Below are positions 48,239 through 58,500 of a DNA stretch of 64,000 bases, in pieces. This DNA is from Candidatus Bathyarchaeia archaeon (GTDB lineage: Archaea > Thermoproteota > Bathyarchaeia > Bathyarchaeales > Bathycorpusculaceae). The stretch spans positions 32,001 to 96,000 of the forward strand of contig JBEKTQ010000006.1 in the NCBI GenBank assembly GCA_049515895.1, written 5' to 3'. The translations under genes and the position numbers were made by a program. How positions within the stretch are numbered: position 1 is the first letter of the stretch; each line of letters starts with the position of its first letter. The notes beneath the pieces were generated by a model. That model was not told the DNA's origin, did no database searches, and worked only from the letters and a program-made list of their open reading frames with translations.

Positions 48239-48922
48239 CTAATTATTGGGATTGCCATTTATGAGCGTGCAAATCGTCTTTTTCCCGTTTAAGATTGCCT
48301 CGACGCGTTGCGGCTGCAGCCCGTTAACAACAAAACATTCAACCTTAAACTGCAGAAGCAGTTTAGGCAGAAACCTGTCCACACTCGTCCGCTTTTCCAT
48401 TTCTAAAAGGTCACAAGCAGACAACCTTCTAATCAATCTAGCATCTGAAAACTTTTTAGGGTCGCAATTGTAGACGCCATCAACATCTGTTACCAAAACG
48501 ACTCTGGGCACATGCAGTCGGCCTGCAACATAAAGAGCTATGGAGTCAGAGGTCACGTCCCAAGAGTTCTCAAGGTCATCTTCCGAAAATAGAAGAGCAG
48601 AAGGCAAAAAGACGGGAAGCCTACCTGAATCCAAGATTTCTTGCACATCCTCAAGTTTGCAAGTGAGAAATGAGTTGGCCAGAAGTTGAGATAGAAGCAA
48701 CCCATATTGATCCGTACCCAAAATTGCCATACGATGAGAAATTTGAGGCGACAAACTGAAACGCGAATCAACCTTTCTCACCGTATCCGCAAATTCTCCG
48801 CCTCCCGGCACAACTATTAATCTGTGCTCTTTTGCTGACTTCGCCAATTTAGCGCATAAGCTTCTTAGCTTTTCAGGATGTATGGCAAGGCTGCCGCCAA
48901 CTTTAACGATTACCGCATCCAA
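48239..48922 (-). CDS. mfnE: Aminomethyl-furanmethanol phosphate kinase (amino acid kinase family)
   Basis: VKVGGSL, PGGGEFAD, H-x-MAI and SWDVTSDSIA; operon context. Confidence 0.85.
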   Translation of the reverse strand: MDAVIVKVGGSLAIHPEKLRSLCAKLAKSAKEHRLIVVPGGGEFADTVRKVDSRFSLSPQISHRMAILGTDQYGLLLSQLLANSFLTCKLEDVQEILDSGRLPVFLPSALLFSEDDLENSWDVTSDSIALYVAGRLHVPRVVLVTDVDGVYNCDPKKFSDARLIRRLSACDLLEMEKRTSVDRFLPKLLLQFKVECFVVNGLQPQRVEAILNGKKTICTLINGNPNN

Positions 48923-49980
48923 TTGATTGTTTCCCCCTCAAACTTGCTAGCAGTCATCAAAGCGACAGCAAACGCAGGAGTAGCCATGGAAACCTCATCA
49001 GGAAGAAACGTTCCCAAATCAACAATAGGTTCTGCGCCGATTTTTTCAGCTGCTTTTCTTGCGATAAAATCCTTGCCGAGACCAGTAACCACCACGGAAA
49101 CTTCATTGTTCGTCTGTTTTTTCACATAAGAGTAGACTTTGAGTAAGCCTTCAGCAACCTGCGTAACTTGCCTGTCGTAAATGTACTTTGCCATGCCAAC
49201 AATTTCTTGCGTGGTTAACATCTCAGTGTCAGCGCAGACCACTCGGGCCAACCGTGCAAGGGATTCAGGCACGGTTTTTCCTCTTCCATCCGCTGTCTCG
49301 TAATCGTATTGCCTCTCAGTAATGTTGCCCAAAATCAGATGGACATCGGCTGACAACGCGAACAATTCAGAAGCGACGCCTGCCACTCCGGATTTAACTG
49401 GAATCGACTGGACGATTGCAGCAACATTGGTCCTTAAACTTCCAGTGTAAACCAACTCACCGCAAATAAGCTTATCCAAATCCGTTTTGCCCTTAGCAGC
49501 CACTTTTCCCGCCAAAATTGGAATTATGCTAGCACTAGTACTTCCGACATCAACCACCACGCCGTCCACAATCGACAGGCCGACCAACCAGCCTGTTGCA
49601 GCCCAATTGGCAGCAGCCACCAGAAGCGGCGCCAATTCCGCCTTGTCGATGGACTCTAATTTCGTATCGCTGTTCAAAACCTGAATAGGCAAGTTGGGAA
49701 AAGCTTTTTTTACGCTGGTTAAAACCTGATGTACCCCTTCGCGCTTGGTTTGGTAGGCGTCGGATAATTCGGCGGTCATCGTTACGCCTAAATCGTCAAG
49801 CCTATCTGCGCCCAACCTCTCCTTGAGTTTCAAGAGGACGCTGGTGAGTTTTTCAGGGTGCTTCCAAACTGGGAAGTATTCGACCGCCAGCTTTACTTCT
49901 TTCAGGTTGCCTTTTTTCGTCCGTACAAAAGCAGCTTTGGTATTGGCGCCGCCGATGTCGTACCCTAACACGTTTGCCAA
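48910..49980 (-). CDS. mfnF: Hydantoinase/oxoprolinase-like methanofuran synthase
   Basis: DIGGANTK, TMTAELSD and DVGST motifs; operon context. Confidence 0.85.
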   Translation of the reverse strand: MANVLGYDIGGANTKAAFVRTKKGNLKEVKLAVEYFPVWKHPEKLTSVLLKLKERLGADRLDDLGVTMTAELSDAYQTKREGVHQVLTSVKKAFPNLPIQVLNSDTKLESIDKAELAPLLVAAANWAATGWLVGLSIVDGVVVDVGSTSASIIPILAGKVAAKGKTDLDKLICGELVYTGSLRTNVAAIVQSIPVKSGVAGVASELFALSADVHLILGNITERQYDYETADGRGKTVPESLARLARVVCADTEMLTTQEIVGMAKYIYDRQVTQVAEGLLKVYSYVKKQTNNEVSVVVTGLGKDFIARKAAEKIGAEPIVDLGTFLPDEVSMATPAFAVALMTASKFEGETINWMR

Positions 49981-49981
49981 G

Positions 49982-51217
49982 CTATTTTCCCCTTTTTATG
50001 ATGTTTAGTAGGCGCTTTTTAGCTTCTTCGAAACGCAACTGAGCATCAAGCGGGGATCCGTCTTGTCCGGTCACAAGCGTAATCGCTTCTGAATTGCCGT
50101 CTAGCGGGAAAGGAGGCGAGACAACTCCGTCTATTTGAGTTGCCTTCTGGAAAGCTCCTATTGATGGCTTGGCAGCTCTCACTTTTGAAAAATAAACGAA
50201 ACCTGCAGTTTCTTGCTTTGAAGGAAGCTTATTCTTCAGTCGGGCGTCAACTATTGCCTCAGCGACGTTAAAGCCGGCAACTTCTCTTAACCCAACGTAA
50301 GATGTTGTTAACCGAGGATTAACATCCAACACAAACGGTTTGTCTCGAGCTAAAACTAGGTCAACTCCGACATAACCACCCAACCCAGAAAAAGACAGTG
50401 CAACCTCTTCCGCTGTCCTAAACACTTCATGTTTAAGTGCATGGTCGAATGGAACGATTCCGCCTTCATAACATGAAACTCCTTCCGGCTGGGTTATCTT
50501 GACGTTTTGCTTGTTTAAGCTAATCGCCGAGGCTTTAGCTCCCGCGCAAAGTAGGCTGACGCTTACTGGTTCGCCGCGAACGAACTCTTGTACTATGAAG
50601 CTTTTTCGAGATGATACGGACCTTATTCTCGCGACGGCATTCTTTATTTGCCTATCTTCTTGGACGATGCTGGATCCCCCGCAGCTGACACCATCTAATG
50701 GCTTGAAAACCACAGGGTATTCCATCTTGCTTTTGATTTCTCCCTTAATTTCAGAAAAGTCGATATCCATATCAAAAATCATCGTTTCAGGCGTAAATAA
50801 ACCGCTGTTTTTCAAGGTTTCATAAAGAACCGCTTTGTCAGCGACCTCTTGGATGGCATTGGCTTCACAATTAAGCGAAAGTTTGCCGGTCTTCTCAACC
50901 AGACTAACGAGTGATTGGAGAGTATTTCCCGTTTCAGGAGCAATAATGTAGACAGCATCATTGATTTTGGAGGCGTTGGCAAGGAATTTCTTAGCTTCTG
51001 GGGCGTACAAAACGGGGGCGGTGCAATCAGCAACTATAGGCGGATTCAGTTTTGAAATACGCGCGTCAAGTAAAACAGTTACCTCGTGTCCTGCAGATCT
51101 AAAATCTTGGGCAAGACAGCGAAGCATACCAAACCCTTCGGACAAAACACTCGGATTCAAAGGTTGCCCTGCATATCCACCTCCTGAAACATGCTCGTAA
51201 ACTAAAATCTTCAGCAA
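49982..51217 (-). CDS. mfnD: ATP-grasp tyramine-glutamate ligase
   Basis: EG.GML, IAPE, KPLDGVS, GYVGVD and VNPRLTTS. Confidence 0.85.
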   Translation of the reverse strand: MLKILVYEHVSGGGYAGQPLNPSVLSEGFGMLRCLAQDFRSAGHEVTVLLDARISKLNPPIVADCTAPVLYAPEAKKFLANASKINDAVYIIAPETGNTLQSLVSLVEKTGKLSLNCEANAIQEVADKAVLYETLKNSGLFTPETMIFDMDIDFSEIKGEIKSKMEYPVVFKPLDGVSCGGSSIVQEDRQIKNAVARIRSVSSRKSFIVQEFVRGEPVSVSLLCAGAKASAISLNKQNVKITQPEGVSCYEGGIVPFDHALKHEVFRTAEEVALSFSGLGGYVGVDLVLARDKPFVLDVNPRLTTSYVGLREVAGFNVAEAIVDARLKNKLPSKQETAGFVYFSKVRAAKPSIGAFQKATQIDGVVSPPFPLDGNSEAITLVTGQDGSPLDAQLRFEEAKKRLLNIIKRGK

Positions 51218-51287
51218 AGGTCACTTTTAGAATCGATGGAACCAAGCGTACCTTAAAGCTTTTCTCTTTTACCTGAACTCTAAGGTA

Positions 51288-52421
51288 TTATTTTAACTCG
51301 CGGATATCTTTCAAGAATGAAATGGCGTGTCTCTTCTTTACGTGTGGCATAATTACGATTCTTATGCAGTCGTAGCGTGGCACGTAGGAGATAAACCAAC
51401 CTTGCTGCCTAAGCTTTTCAGCCAAGCGTTTGGTGTCGCTATTGTTGCGGAAAGCTAAAATGTTAAGCATTGGCTCCACGACAAGTTTGCAGCCTGCATC
51501 TGTTAGACCGTTGGCGAGAAAGCGAGTGGTCTTCATGCATTTACCCACTACTCTCTTGTATCCGTTCATGCCGAGCGACTTGAAAGCTGCCCATGCGGAA
51601 GCGGCGGCGGCGCCTGTCCGAGTTCCAACAAAAGTGTACTGGTAACGATCGGTTAAGTAGGGTGTTTCTGTCCCGAGGCAATTCAATGATTCGCCGTGTC
51701 TGAAGATGATTCCACCCGCTGGGATCGCCGCCATGCCCATCTTGTGTGGGTCAACAGTTATGGAGTTCACTGCCTCCAGCTCGAAGTCAAATTTAGGTTT
51801 GGCGTCGGCGAGAAATGGGATGACTAAACCTCCGAAGGCTGCATCAACATGCAACCAAACCTTACGTTGGAACGCAATCTGGGAAAGTTCCTCGATAGGG
51901 TCGACAACGCCCAATTCTGAAGTCCCCGCTGTCCCGATAATTGCTATTGTTTTCTTACTTACAACTTTCTCAACCTGGAGAGGGTCAACTCTAAAAGAGC
52001 TGTCCAACCCAGCGTAAACTGGCTTCAGGTTTAGGACGTTGCAGATTTTGGTGAATGAGAAATGTGACGATTCTGGCAATACCACTTCAGGAACGTTAAC
52101 GTGCACTGTGTTTCTCGCCGCCAAAAGCGCCATCAGATTAGCTTCTGTCCCCCCTGAAACAACATGTCCAACGCAATTTTCGCCGTGGAGAAGCTCTGTC
52201 AATTCATCTATGACTTCTTCTTCAAGCTTGACGCTTCCTGGAAAGAGCCCTGGGTCGCCCAAGTTGGAACTCAAAAAGAGCTTGTATGCTTTTTCCGCTG
52301 CCGGATGCGGTTTTGTGCACATTGAACATAAAATCTTGCCTTCATCATAGCGATGGTCCAATCTGCGGATTTTTTTGATTTCATCTAGCACTAATTTCCT
52401 GCTCAAGCCGTTAGCAAGCAA
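51288..52421 (-). CDS. mfnA: PLP-dependent tyrosine (aspartate) decarboxylase
   Basis: SMCTKPHP, NLGDPGLF, SGGTEAN, HVDAAFGG and DPHK. Confidence 0.93.
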   Translation of the reverse strand: MLANGLSRKLVLDEIKKIRRLDHRYDEGKILCSMCTKPHPAAEKAYKLFLSSNLGDPGLFPGSVKLEEEVIDELTELLHGENCVGHVVSGGTEANLMALLAARNTVHVNVPEVVLPESSHFSFTKICNVLNLKPVYAGLDSSFRVDPLQVEKVVSKKTIAIIGTAGTSELGVVDPIEELSQIAFQRKVWLHVDAAFGGLVIPFLADAKPKFDFELEAVNSITVDPHKMGMAAIPAGGIIFRHGESLNCLGTETPYLTDRYQYTFVGTRTGAAAASAWAAFKSLGMNGYKRVVGKCMKTTRFLANGLTDAGCKLVVEPMLNILAFRNNSDTKRLAEKLRQQGWFISYVPRYDCIRIVIMPHVKKRHAISFLKDIRELK

Positions 52422-52423
52422 GA

Positions 52424-53164
52424 TTAAACCCTCACTTTGCCGGCTTGCCCTTCAGCCTGTTTGATGGTCTCCACAAGTTCCTCAACGAGAGCTCTTTTTA
52501 TTTCGCCCCGAACACGGTCGCTGTTTGTACAGGCAGCTCCGCGTAAACCAGCAATGTCAGCGCCAAAGCGATAGATGACAGGTAAATCTTGCTTACGCAG
52601 CGACCCAGCCAATGCAACCTCGAGACCAAATTGATGGCTGCAATCAACGAATTCCTCGAGTTGCGTGTCTTTTAGGTAACTGAAGAGGTTTTTTCCGTCT
52701 TTGACGCCCGTGTCAAGCATAGCAACCTCCACACGGGCTTTAAACGCTATTGAAGGAATCTGCATCGGGTCCAACGAGTCAATTCTCTGTGTATCAGCCA
52801 ACCCGACAGCAGCCACCTTGATTTTAGGATTGCATCCTTTAGCGGCTTTGTTGACGTTCCGCAACAAGTAGACTGCTTCCCCTGCCGTGTTGCACCCACA
52901 CAACCCAACCTTAATGTAATCGACACCTAGCGTTGCCGCGCCTAAAGCTGCCAAGGAAACGGAGCCTGGAAGGTTCGGGACATCGCCCAAAGCACAACTC
53001 ACTCGAACGTTCTTCGGCGCGAGTTCTCTTATCTGTTTGATAACCCATGGGAAATTGGCTCCTAAAGCGCCTTCCTGCGGGTTTTTGACGTCTATTATGT
53101 CAGCGCCTCCGGCTATGGCTTCAGCAGCTTCTTTTACGTTTGCGGGACTTATGAGTAGCTTCAA
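52424..53164 (-). CDS. mfnB: (5-formylfuran-3-yl)methyl phosphate synthase
   Basis: LLISP, DVKNPQEGALGANFPW, YIKVG, MLDT..KDG and ALAGS. Confidence 0.93.
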   Translation of the reverse strand: MKLLISPANVKEAAEAIAGGADIIDVKNPQEGALGANFPWVIKQIRELAPKNVRVSCALGDVPNLPGSVSLAALGAATLGVDYIKVGLCGCNTAGEAVYLLRNVNKAAKGCNPKIKVAAVGLADTQRIDSLDPMQIPSIAFKARVEVAMLDTGVKDGKNLFSYLKDTQLEEFVDCSHQFGLEVALAGSLRKQDLPVIYRFGADIAGLRGAACTNSDRVRGEIKRALVEELVETIKQAEGQAGKVRV

Positions 53165-53269
53165 CCTTGTGTCAGTATCAAGCGCAGTAATTAACCCTTT
53201 AAAAGTTTTGCTCAGCGACGGCTAAGTTTTTCTATTCGTTAATAATCATTCCAAAGTGGCGAAACAAGG

Positions 53270-54001
53270 TTGAGAATTATACCTGTGATCGACATTCTAA
53301 ACGGCATCGTGGTTCATGCGGTCAGAGGCAAAAGAAGCGAGTACCGACCCCTGCAAAGCGTTCTATCCGATTCGTTTGCACCACTTGAAGTTGCGAAAAC
53401 ATTCAAAACGCTTGGTTTCCGCGAGTTGTACGTGGCTGATTTGGATGCGATTATTGATTGCTCAGCCGATTTTCATATTTTCAGAAAAATCGCTGATGGA
53501 ACAGGACTTAAGTTGATGGTTGATGCAGGAGTGACGTCGACGGAGAGGGCTGCACGTTTGCTTGAGAATGGGGTTTCTAAACTTGTTATCGGGACCGAAA
53601 CTCTGCAAAACGCCAGTTTCATCGGTGAAGCAGTAAATGAGTTTGGAAACGCGCGAGTCATTGTTAGCTTGGATTTGAAAGGCGACCAGGTTCTGACTAA
53701 GCCGGGGTTTGACGGCAGTCTGGATCCTCAGCACCTTCTGAGAAGATTCAAGGAGATGGGCGTTTCACAAGTTATTGTTTTGGATTTGACCCGGGTAGGG
53801 AGTGGTGAAGGAGTTAATATTGGTTTTTTGAGGAAAGTGCTTGATGAGCCGCCGTTGGATCTTTATGTTGGGGGCGGAGTTAGAGACATAAAGGATTTAG
53901 TTGAGTTAAGGGATGCGGGTGTGTCAGGTGCTTTGGTGGCCTCTTCTTTGCATTCTGGCATAATTTCTGTTGACGAATTGAAGAAGAATCAGATGCTTTA
54001 A
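53270..54001 (+). CDS. HisA/HisF-related TIM barrel protein associated with C1-cofactor genes
   Basis: IIPVID...VVHA..G.RSEY.P, YVADLD and GGGVR; divergent from mfnB. Confidence 0.82.
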   Translation: MRIIPVIDILNGIVVHAVRGKRSEYRPLQSVLSDSFAPLEVAKTFKTLGFRELYVADLDAIIDCSADFHIFRKIADGTGLKLMVDAGVTSTERAARLLENGVSKLVIGTETLQNASFIGEAVNEFGNARVIVSLDLKGDQVLTKPGFDGSLDPQHLLRRFKEMGVSQVIVLDLTRVGSGEGVNIGFLRKVLDEPPLDLYVGGGVRDIKDLVELRDAGVSGALVASSLHSGIISVDELKKNQML

Positions 54002-54007
54002 GAGGCT

Positions 54008-54730
54008 TTATTGGCGTTTTGCAAGGCAGACAATCCCGCCAAGCTGTGTGAGACGTTTTCCAGCGGTTGATTCAGCGTTTATTACTCTTGTTTTTACTCC
54101 TTTGTTTGCGGCGACTTGCATGAGTTTTTGAAGGCGGTATTTTTGTCGGCTTTTTGCTAGGTACTCTTCTGTAAACATGAGGTATTCCGGCTTAGGTTTT
54201 CCCTCCGCTTGTGTGTCAAAGATAAAGTGTTCTGCTTCTTGCATAGAAAAAATGACCAGATTGTCGGCTGAATTTAGCTTTTTTTCCAGGATTTCGAGAA
54301 GGTTTTCTGCTTCTTCAGCCGTGGTTTCACTGATTAACTTTTTGAAGCCAGCTGTCTTTGTTAGGGCGGCAACTTGCGGTGGAGCACTGGCTGAACCTGT
54401 TATTGTGGAAAACGCGGCTTTGTTGGTTCCTTGAAGAAGCCAGCTGTGGTGGGCCTTGATATGGTTTTGGAATTCTTGTGCATAATTTGTTCTCGGCGGG
54501 GTAGCTATTACGATGCTTCTTACCCCTTCTTTCAACGTTTGCCTCAGCGCGTTCACGATGGCTTCGTGAAAGTTGTAGAGTGCTTTTGGGTCTTTTCTGT
54601 TTCCGCTTAAGGAAATGGTCTGCTGTTGCTTGGCAACTTGGCTGAAAACTTGCCATAAAGCAGCGTGGTCACACTCTATTCCCACCAAAACCGCTACTGG
54701 GTATCCTCTTCTGTAAGCCTTCCGCGACAT
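54008..54730 (-). CDS. Pelota/eRF1 domain 2-3-only paralogue
   Basis: C-terminus VINAESTAGKRLTQLGGIVCL aligns with pelota VISTEHEAGAKLLSLGGIAAL; no N-terminal Sm-like domain. Confidence 0.7.
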   Translation of the reverse strand: MSRKAYRRGYPVAVLVGIECDHAALWQVFSQVAKQQQTISLSGNRKDPKALYNFHEAIVNALRQTLKEGVRSIVIATPPRTNYAQEFQNHIKAHHSWLLQGTNKAAFSTITGSASAPPQVAALTKTAGFKKLISETTAEEAENLLEILEKKLNSADNLVIFSMQEAEHFIFDTQAEGKPKPEYLMFTEEYLAKSRQKYRLQKLMQVAANKGVKTRVINAESTAGKRLTQLGGIVCLAKRQ

Positions 54731-54839
54731 TGTGTTCAACTATTTGATTGAAGCTACCCTATTTAGCCTTCCTTCAACTACCCAGAATTTGGAACGGTAC
54801 GTTTATGAACATCGTAAAACCGATTTAGAATGATGCCGC

Positions 54840-55163
54840 ATGATTAAAGTCGACGATAAACAAGGCCTTAATGAAGAATTGAAAAAGGATGAGAAAATTC
54901 TTGCACTATTTTATGCTTCATGGTGCCCTTACTGCATCCGTTTTGTCCCAGTTTTCCAAAAGAAAACAGGCGGCTTCAATGGCGCTGCGGTTATTCATGT
55001 CATGCTTGATGATTACGACAATCCATTATGGGATGACTATGACGTAAAGGCTGTTCCAACCATAATATTCTTTGAAAAAGGCGTCGTCTCTAAACGTCTC
55101 GACGGAAAATTCGGCGTCGGCTTGACTGAAAAACAGCTTGACAACTGGCTGAAGCAACTTTAA
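54840..55163 (+). CDS. Thioredoxin family protein
   Basis: FYASWCPYC and VPTI. Confidence 0.9.
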   Translation: MIKVDDKQGLNEELKKDEKILALFYASWCPYCIRFVPVFQKKTGGFNGAAVIHVMLDDYDNPLWDDYDVKAVPTIIFFEKGVVSKRLDGKFGVGLTEKQLDNWLKQL

Positions 55164-55360
55164 GAGGCAGCGAAACGGAGCAACACGCAATTTTAAAGGT
55201 TGCCTCCTATTTTTGGGAGAAACGAGAAATTGCGTAGAACTCTAATTGCGCAAAGGCAACTTAGTTAATTGCCTGCTCCACGGCCAGATAAAAACAGCGG
55301 ATTGATACGCGTTTACTTCTTTTTCCATTTCGATTTTTTTCAGGTTACCAAGGATTAAAC

Positions 55361-55513
55361 GGGAGATTTTTAGATGTTTCTAGATTAATTTAGATTTTTA
55401 TAGATCTTTTTAGATGTTTTTAGATTACAGTTGCAACCAATCCAAACCCCAAATCAAGAAAGCAACCCAAAACACAAACAACAAATTTGCCGGCTTTTCC
55501 ACACGAAATAACT
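55361..55513. repeat. Dispersed repeat copy 2 with 6x10-bp TAGATNNNNN array
   Basis: Homologous to 37971-38116. Confidence 0.8.
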
Positions 55514-58500
55514 TATACATCTTTGTGGTTTTCGGGTTTCTTGTTTCTCGATAACCGGTAGGGCCACCAGTTGAAACTCTGCGCTAGCCCCATCAGCGAC
55601 GGCACAAAGAAGAGGATGACGACGGTTACATCGATAACGATGGCGGCGGCGACCGCAAGGGCGATTTCTTCGAGAACGGCAATATTGGTTACCAGCAGCG
55701 ACAAAAAGACGGTGGCCAGAACGAGACCTAAGCCGAGGATTGTTACCCAAACTTTGTCGATGGCGGTTACTATTGCTTCATCATCTGTTTTTCCATTTAG
55801 GACTTCTTCTCTGATGCGAGTTATGAAGAATATGTCGTAGTCAATTCCGACGCCAAGCATGGTTACGACAACAAAAAGAGGCGCGAAATCCAAGATAGGC
55901 AGGTTAAGGGCATAGTAGAAGACGAAGGAAATGATTGCTAACGAGCACACAACACTGCAAAGAATCGTGACAATCAAACGAACCGGCGTGAAAGCTGACT
56001 TTAACTGGAAGAACAGGATCACGTAGACCGCAGCCGCCAGAATAGCAACGACCTCGGGAATCAAGTTTGCCATGAACGCTTGACTATCGGTGGTCGCCTG
56101 GGTTTCTCCGCCATAGTAAACCTTTACACCTTCTGCAAGTGAGAGCTTGCTGCTGATGTTCTTTTCAATTCCCTTCAACGAATTGATGGCGGCGGAGCTC
56201 CAGCCCGAATCCACCAGGTTAACGGTGATAACTGCGGTTTTGTTGTCTTTGCCGATGGTTGAAAACATCTGGCTCTCATACTGCTGCTGAATTGGCAAGG
56301 ACATTTTTTCGATTAAGGCGTATTCGAATGAGCTCCCGTATGGTCTAGTTGTTCCAGTGACCGTCGAGACTCCTTTGGAACCCGCAGCGACTGCCGTGAC
56401 TGCCTCGATTTGGTTAAGCAGAGTCTGGTTAAACTGGTTGTCTCCGTACGTTATAGGCGTGGGGGTCGTGATAATGATAGATGTTGGTGAAAGGGTTCCG
56501 CTTCCAAAATCGTTCGCTAAGGCGGTGAATCCCTGGTTGCTTGGGAAGTTCGGAATCAACTTCAGAAACTCCTCGCTCGTCGGCGTACTATACATCACTA
56601 TGAAGGCGCTCAACGCTACAATGCTGATGATCACCACAACCGGTACTTTTCTTTTAAGCGTGCTGTGCCCAAGGCGTCTTAGAGCGTTTTTGTTTGGGTC
56701 AGAGTTTTCATTTCTCTTCTTATTTAGTCCCGGCCAGAAAATTCTGTCGCCTAAAGCAATCTCCAAAGCCGGCAACAACGTCAAAGACGCCGTCAGCAAA
56801 ATAGCAACGCCGAGGGCTATTGCAGTTCCAACGTCGCTGAAGATAGGAACGTTAGCGACGGCCATAACAATGTAAGCAACAATAACAGTTATGCCTGCTG
56901 TCAAAACTGCTTGGCCTGCCCATTTAATCGAGATGCCTACGCTTTCCTCGAGCGATTTGCCTTTCAACCGTTCTTCCCTTGTTCGCCTAAGCTGCAAAAC
57001 TGAGTAGTCCACTGCTAGACCAAGCATCAAGAGTATGGTTAATGTAGGGGTAAGAAAAGTTAGGTTTCCATGACCGATCTTCACGAAACCTTCGTAAATC
57101 GAGGCGAGCGCGACAGAAATAGAAATCCCACCTAACAGAACTGGGATTAAAGCAGCCATCGGCGCCAAAAAGAGAAGCCCAACAATTAAAAGCGAGATAG
57201 CGACGCCTGGGCCTACGGTTACTTCTAAGGCTGGCACGAACGCTTTTGCGACATCAGATGTCAAAACTGGGCCGCCGGTCACGTAGACAGTTCCGTAGTT
57301 TTGCAGTCCCGAGTTTTGCACAGCGGACTTCACGTACGCGATAGTTTTGTCGTCTAGGTTGGAAGAGAAACTGAAAACAATCATCATGGTGTTGTTTTGT
57401 GAGTTGATGAAGTTGCCTGTTAACGCGGAGGTTGGAGCAAACGGGTAGTTTGTGTATGGTTGAGTTGCAATTTCGGTGTCGATGGCTCTGTTTATGTCGC
57501 TGATTGTTGCATTCGGCGAAAGGGATGTGAGAAGACTCGCGAGAGAGGCGCTGTTTACTTTGAAGAGAGGCGACTCGTTAAAGGCGCTTTGGGTAGCGTT
57601 AGATGTCAATGCGCAGGCAAGATTCCATTTTTGCGTGCTATTAGGTGCTGAACCAAGGTCATACGAGGAGTGCATAAGGTCAGAAACTGAAAAGCCTGAG
57701 TCAGAAACTGTCAAGTTGCTGTAGCTTTCTTCCAAGAGGCCAATAGCGTAGTTTTCAACGGTGACGTTTGAAGGCGACTGCCCGAAACTGTAAAGCTCGT
57801 TCACGACACTTATTGGTGAAGCGCCAAGTGAGGATGCAAGGCTTGATGGAATGCTTGAAGCCATGTTTGTAATCGTCAAATTCTCAATTGCTGCAGGCTG
57901 ATTCCAAGTTTCAAAGTTTAAACTTGAAGTAACGAGACTCACCATTTGACTTGTTTGGGCATCAATCTGCGAATTTCCCAGAAACCCAGCGACTGCTTGC
58001 CCAATCGCGTAAGCCTCCCGATTAGACACTGACGTGCTGGCTGGAAGTGTCAAGTAGCTTGCATTCCATGCTTTAAAGAAAGCCGTGAAGTAACCGATAG
58101 ATTCGGCGGCGCCTCCGAAATTGCCTGTTACGCTGAAGGTAGTTGAATTAGCTTGCGCATTAGCGTCAAAGGGGTTTGTGTCGTCGTATCCGCTGAGCTG
58201 CTGTGACACGCCTTGCCAAACATTAACGAACGCCGCTGGAACTCCCCATACAAGTTGTGCTGTTTGGTTAATGCCGTCCTGCATCTGGAACAGGTTTTCG
58301 CTAAGCGAGGAAAGATTCCCCGTGAAAGAATACAATCCTTGGTTGATTACAAGTATGCTTGCTTGAAGCATCGCTGTTTGATTGATGATCGCTGGCAAGG
58401 AACCGTTAAGGACATTGGCTTCACTCGCGTAAAGGCTCTGCTCACCTGTGTAATTGCCGACGTTTGAACTCTCAAACAACGTTTGATTAAGGGCCAAAAC

